From Candidatus Latescibacterota bacterium (GTDB lineage Bacteria; Latescibacterota; UBA2968; GCA-2709665): a DNA stretch of 64,000 nt. The translations under genes were made by a program, and so were the position numbers. The notes below the pieces were generated by a model. The model saw only the letters and a list, made by a program, of their open reading frames with translations, searched no databases and was not told the DNA's origin. Within the stretch, counting starts at the first letter, position 1. Every line of letters begins with the position of its first letter. Of this stretch, positions 60,815 through 64,000 are shown piece by piece. The DNA lies in contig OZ244937.1 of NCBI GenBank assembly GCA_965222075.1, positions 2,432,001 to 2,496,000 on the forward strand, read 5' to 3'.

Positions 60815-63800
60815 GCTTCAATGAGGCCGCCTGCCTGTGCGGTGCACGCAGACAGGCGATCTAATGACCGCGGAAATAACCGGATACACGGACAGGGGGG
60901 TTAGGGGGGGAATGCTTCAATGAGGCCGCCTGCCTGTGCGGTGCACGCAGACAGGCGATCTAATGACCGCGGAAATGATGGATTCCGATTTCACTCCGGG
61001 GGTGACGCGATACCTGCTTCAATGAGGCCGCGATCTAATGACCGCGGAAATCCGAGGCACATATATCATACCCTGGCAAAAATCGTTGCTTCAATGAGGC
61101 CGCGATCTAATGACCGCGGAAATCCAGATGGACAGCACGGCTCATCGTGGTGGCTATATGCTTCAATGAGGCCGCGATCTAATGACCGCGGAAATGACGC
61201 CCCCGACGACCTCATAAAGAAATTCTACGACGAGCTTCAATGAGGCCGCGATCTAATGACCGCGGAAATGTGGGGTGGCAGCGGGCAAGAGGGGTATGAA
61301 GGCGATGCTTCAATGAGGCCGCGATCTAATGACCGCGGAAATACGAATTCGGATCCGCCTTCGGGGAGCTCGACGTCGCTTCAATGAGGCCGCGATCTAA
61401 TGACCGCAGAAATAGGCTGGGCAAGGGCAAGTCCGGCCCCATCCCTCATATGCTTCAATGAGGCCGCGATCTAATGACCGCGGAAATGTACTTTGGTATT
61501 CTGATTATGGCTTTGTTTCGGGGGCTTCAATGAGGCCGCGATCTAATGACCGCGGAAATGGATATGGACAGGTCAATACGAGAGGCGCTAATCAGGCTTC
61601 AATGAGGCCGCGATCTAATGACCGCGGAAATGGACCGGAAGGTAATCCATGACCGTATCGACAGACACGCTTCAATGAGGCCGCGATCTAATGACCGCGG
61701 AAATCCCACACACCGCCAGCACCCAGGCCGGCCGTCGTGATGCTTCAATGAGGCCGCGATCTAATGACCGCGGAAATCAGGATCACCAGCCGCAATGGGT
61801 ATGCCGGGTTGCCATATTGCTTCAATGAGGCCGCGATCTAATGACCGCGGAAATAAGCACCAGGAAGCACAAGACGCCACCTCCGAGAGGAGCTTCAATG
61901 AGGCCGCGATCTAATGACCGCGGAAATAGGGGTGCTTCGGGCCTTGCTGCCTTGCAACATATAGCTTCAATGAGGCCGCGATCTAATGACCGCGGAAATG
62001 CCCACCAACGCGATGCACACTTTACGCCAGGCATACGGCTTCAATGAGGCCGCGATCTAATGACCGCGGAAATAGGGCGAGGGAGAGGGGGGCGCGAATC
62101 AGTTCACTATGCTTCAATGAGGCCGCGATCTAATGACCGCGGAAATGTCGGGCCGGTGTTCCATGTCGAGCACGGTGCCCCCGCTTCAATGAGGCCGCGA
62201 TCTAATGACCGCGGAAATATGCTATGGTAATCTTTGAGCCGGCGAACGTTAAGTAGCTTCAATGAGGCCGCGATCTAATGACCGCGGAAATCACTTCAGA
62301 CCAGAACGAGAAGACCCGATATGACAAGCTTCAATGAGGCCGCGATCTAATGACCGCGGAAATATAGGTGGCCCCCTCAAGGCTATTCGCCATACCCTGG
62401 CTTCAATGAGGCCGCGATCTAATGACCGCGGAAATCGCTGTCGGGCAACTCACAATGGAGTAACTCTGCCTCGCTTCAATGAGGCCGCGATCTAATGACC
62501 GCGGAAATGACGTGAAATACGGCCTCAGCAACTTCGAGGACAAGACGGCTTCAATGAGGCCGCGATCTAATGACCGCGGAAATTCATCGTATGCCATTTC
62601 AACCCATTTCTCTTGACCTTGCTTCAATGAGGCCGCGATCTAATGACCGCGGAAATCACCCTCAGCCCGGCGGGCGCCGAGCCCTGGCCGTAGGCTTCAA
62701 TGAGGCCGCGATCTAATGACCGCGGAAATTCTTGGGGCCGGAGACGCTGCATCAGCTTCAGTGGTTTGCTTCAATGAGGCCGCGATCTAATGACCGCGGA
62801 AATTACACTATCGGATCGGCAAGCACAACGGGTTTCATTTGCTTCAATGAGGCCGCGATCTAATGACCGCGGAAATGCGGAAATTCTTGCGCTGGTTGCG
62901 TCGTTCCGCGACGTCGCTTCAATGAGGCCGCGATCTAATGACCGCGGAAATAATCTTTGGGGTGCGCCATGCTCACTCTCCGCTCTCGCTTCAATGAGGC
63001 CGCGATCTAATGACCGCGGAAATTTCAATGACGGTGTTCGCGACGGTGCCAAATTTGACGCTTCAATGAGGCCGCGATCTAATGACCGCGGAAATTTGGT
63101 GATTTATCAACTGGCTTTGAGTGACCTATTTCGCTTCAATGAGGCCGCGATCTAATGACCGCGGAAATGTATGGCGTAGAAATCGCCCCGGTGCTGACCA
63201 CCTCGCTTCAATGAGGCCGCGATCTAATGACCGCGGAAATGTGCTGATGGCCGAGACCCTGGAGGCGTGTATCAATCGGCTTCAATGAGGCCGCGATCTA
63301 ATGACCGCGGAAATTCGAAGTCGTCGTCGTCCTTATCGCAGGCGTAAAGGCTTCAATGAGGCCGCGATCTAATGACCGCGGAAATTTAATCTCATTCGCC
63401 GTCTTCGTCAGGCTGTTCAAAGCTTCAATGAGGCCGCGATCTAATGACCGCGGAAATCCTATGGCGTAGACCAGTTTCCCCCTCTGGGCGTCTTGCTTCA
63501 ATGAGGCCGCGATCTAATGACCGCGGAAATATGGCGAAAGCGAAAGCGGAAGCCTTGCATCAAAGCGCTTCAATGAGGCCGCGATCTAATGACCGCGGAA
63601 ATGCAGCTGGGGTCCGTCTCTGAGGTCATCGACAACAAGCTTCAATGAGGCCGCGATCTAATGACCGCGGAAATGCAGCTGGGGTCCGTCTCTGAGGTCA
63701 TCGACAACAAGCTTCAATGAGGCCGCGATCTAATGACCGCGGAAATGCAACCCGAAGCTCCGTTACCGGCGCAAGTCTGACAGGCTTCAATGAGGCCGCG

Positions 63801-64000
63801 ATCTAATGACCGCGGAAATCGTTCTTTGATTCTCTTTCATAACTTCGATCAGATAGCTTCAATGAGGCCGCGATCTAATGACCGCGGAAATGCGCCGGGG
63901 TGGGCCTTAATCCCGCTGAGCTCAAAGATGCTTCAATGAGGCCGCGATCTAATGACCGCGGAAATGCGGCAATTGCGCGCCGACCTTGTACGCCTGTTCC
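60815..64000 (-). CRISPR. CRISPR array, 43 repeats counted, truncated by window end; type I-G (I-U)-like repeat
   Basis: 36 bp repeat GCTTCAATGAGGCCGCGATCTAATGACCGCGGAAAT (reverse complement ends ATTGAAGC); spacers 35-41 bp; no cas genes in window. Confidence 0.99.

Noticed and set aside
60920-63501. Small ORFs with ASMRPRSNDRGN or FPRSLDRGLIEA repeats
   Set aside because: Translations of the CRISPR repeats.
63531-63566. Spacer resembling the ppdK start (ATGGCGAA.GCGAAA), i.e. self-targeting
   Set aside because: Similarity covers only about 15 bases.

Overview
GC-rich bacterial chromosome segment. The gene content (PhyH and Gfo/Idh/MocA enzymes, dockerin/EF-hand-tagged secreted proteins, plant-type LRR protein) resembles Latescibacterota-like or host-associated metagenomic lineages; this assignment is inference only. 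Left to right: a YtrA(GntR)-ABC-TlpA operon; a low-GC MjaI-like CTAG restriction-modification pair; catabolic oxidoreductases including a xanthine-dehydrogenase-family trio; an ilvN-ilvC-leuACDB-cimA operon with a Leu/Ile-rich attenuator leader and no ilvB; two aminotransferases, accA and rpsT; an 8.2 kb accessory block bounded by a 28 bp direct repeat (orphan antitoxin, IS701-like scar, two dockerin-tagged secreted proteins, one a giant LRR-metallopeptidase); a sulfur-carrier (CysO/Mec/CysM) cysteine cluster; tRNA-Lys; ppdK-parA-parB-ftsY; iscS-mrp-moeZ; integrase-less integron-like cassettes; and a CRISPR array (43 repeats counted, type I-G/I-U-like) running off the window end. The most unusual signals are an identical 27 bp hairpin inserted at the same position in the two terminal CRISPR repeats, the array abutting attC-flanked cassette genes, and an apparent window-wide replacement of CTAG by TTAG/CTAA.
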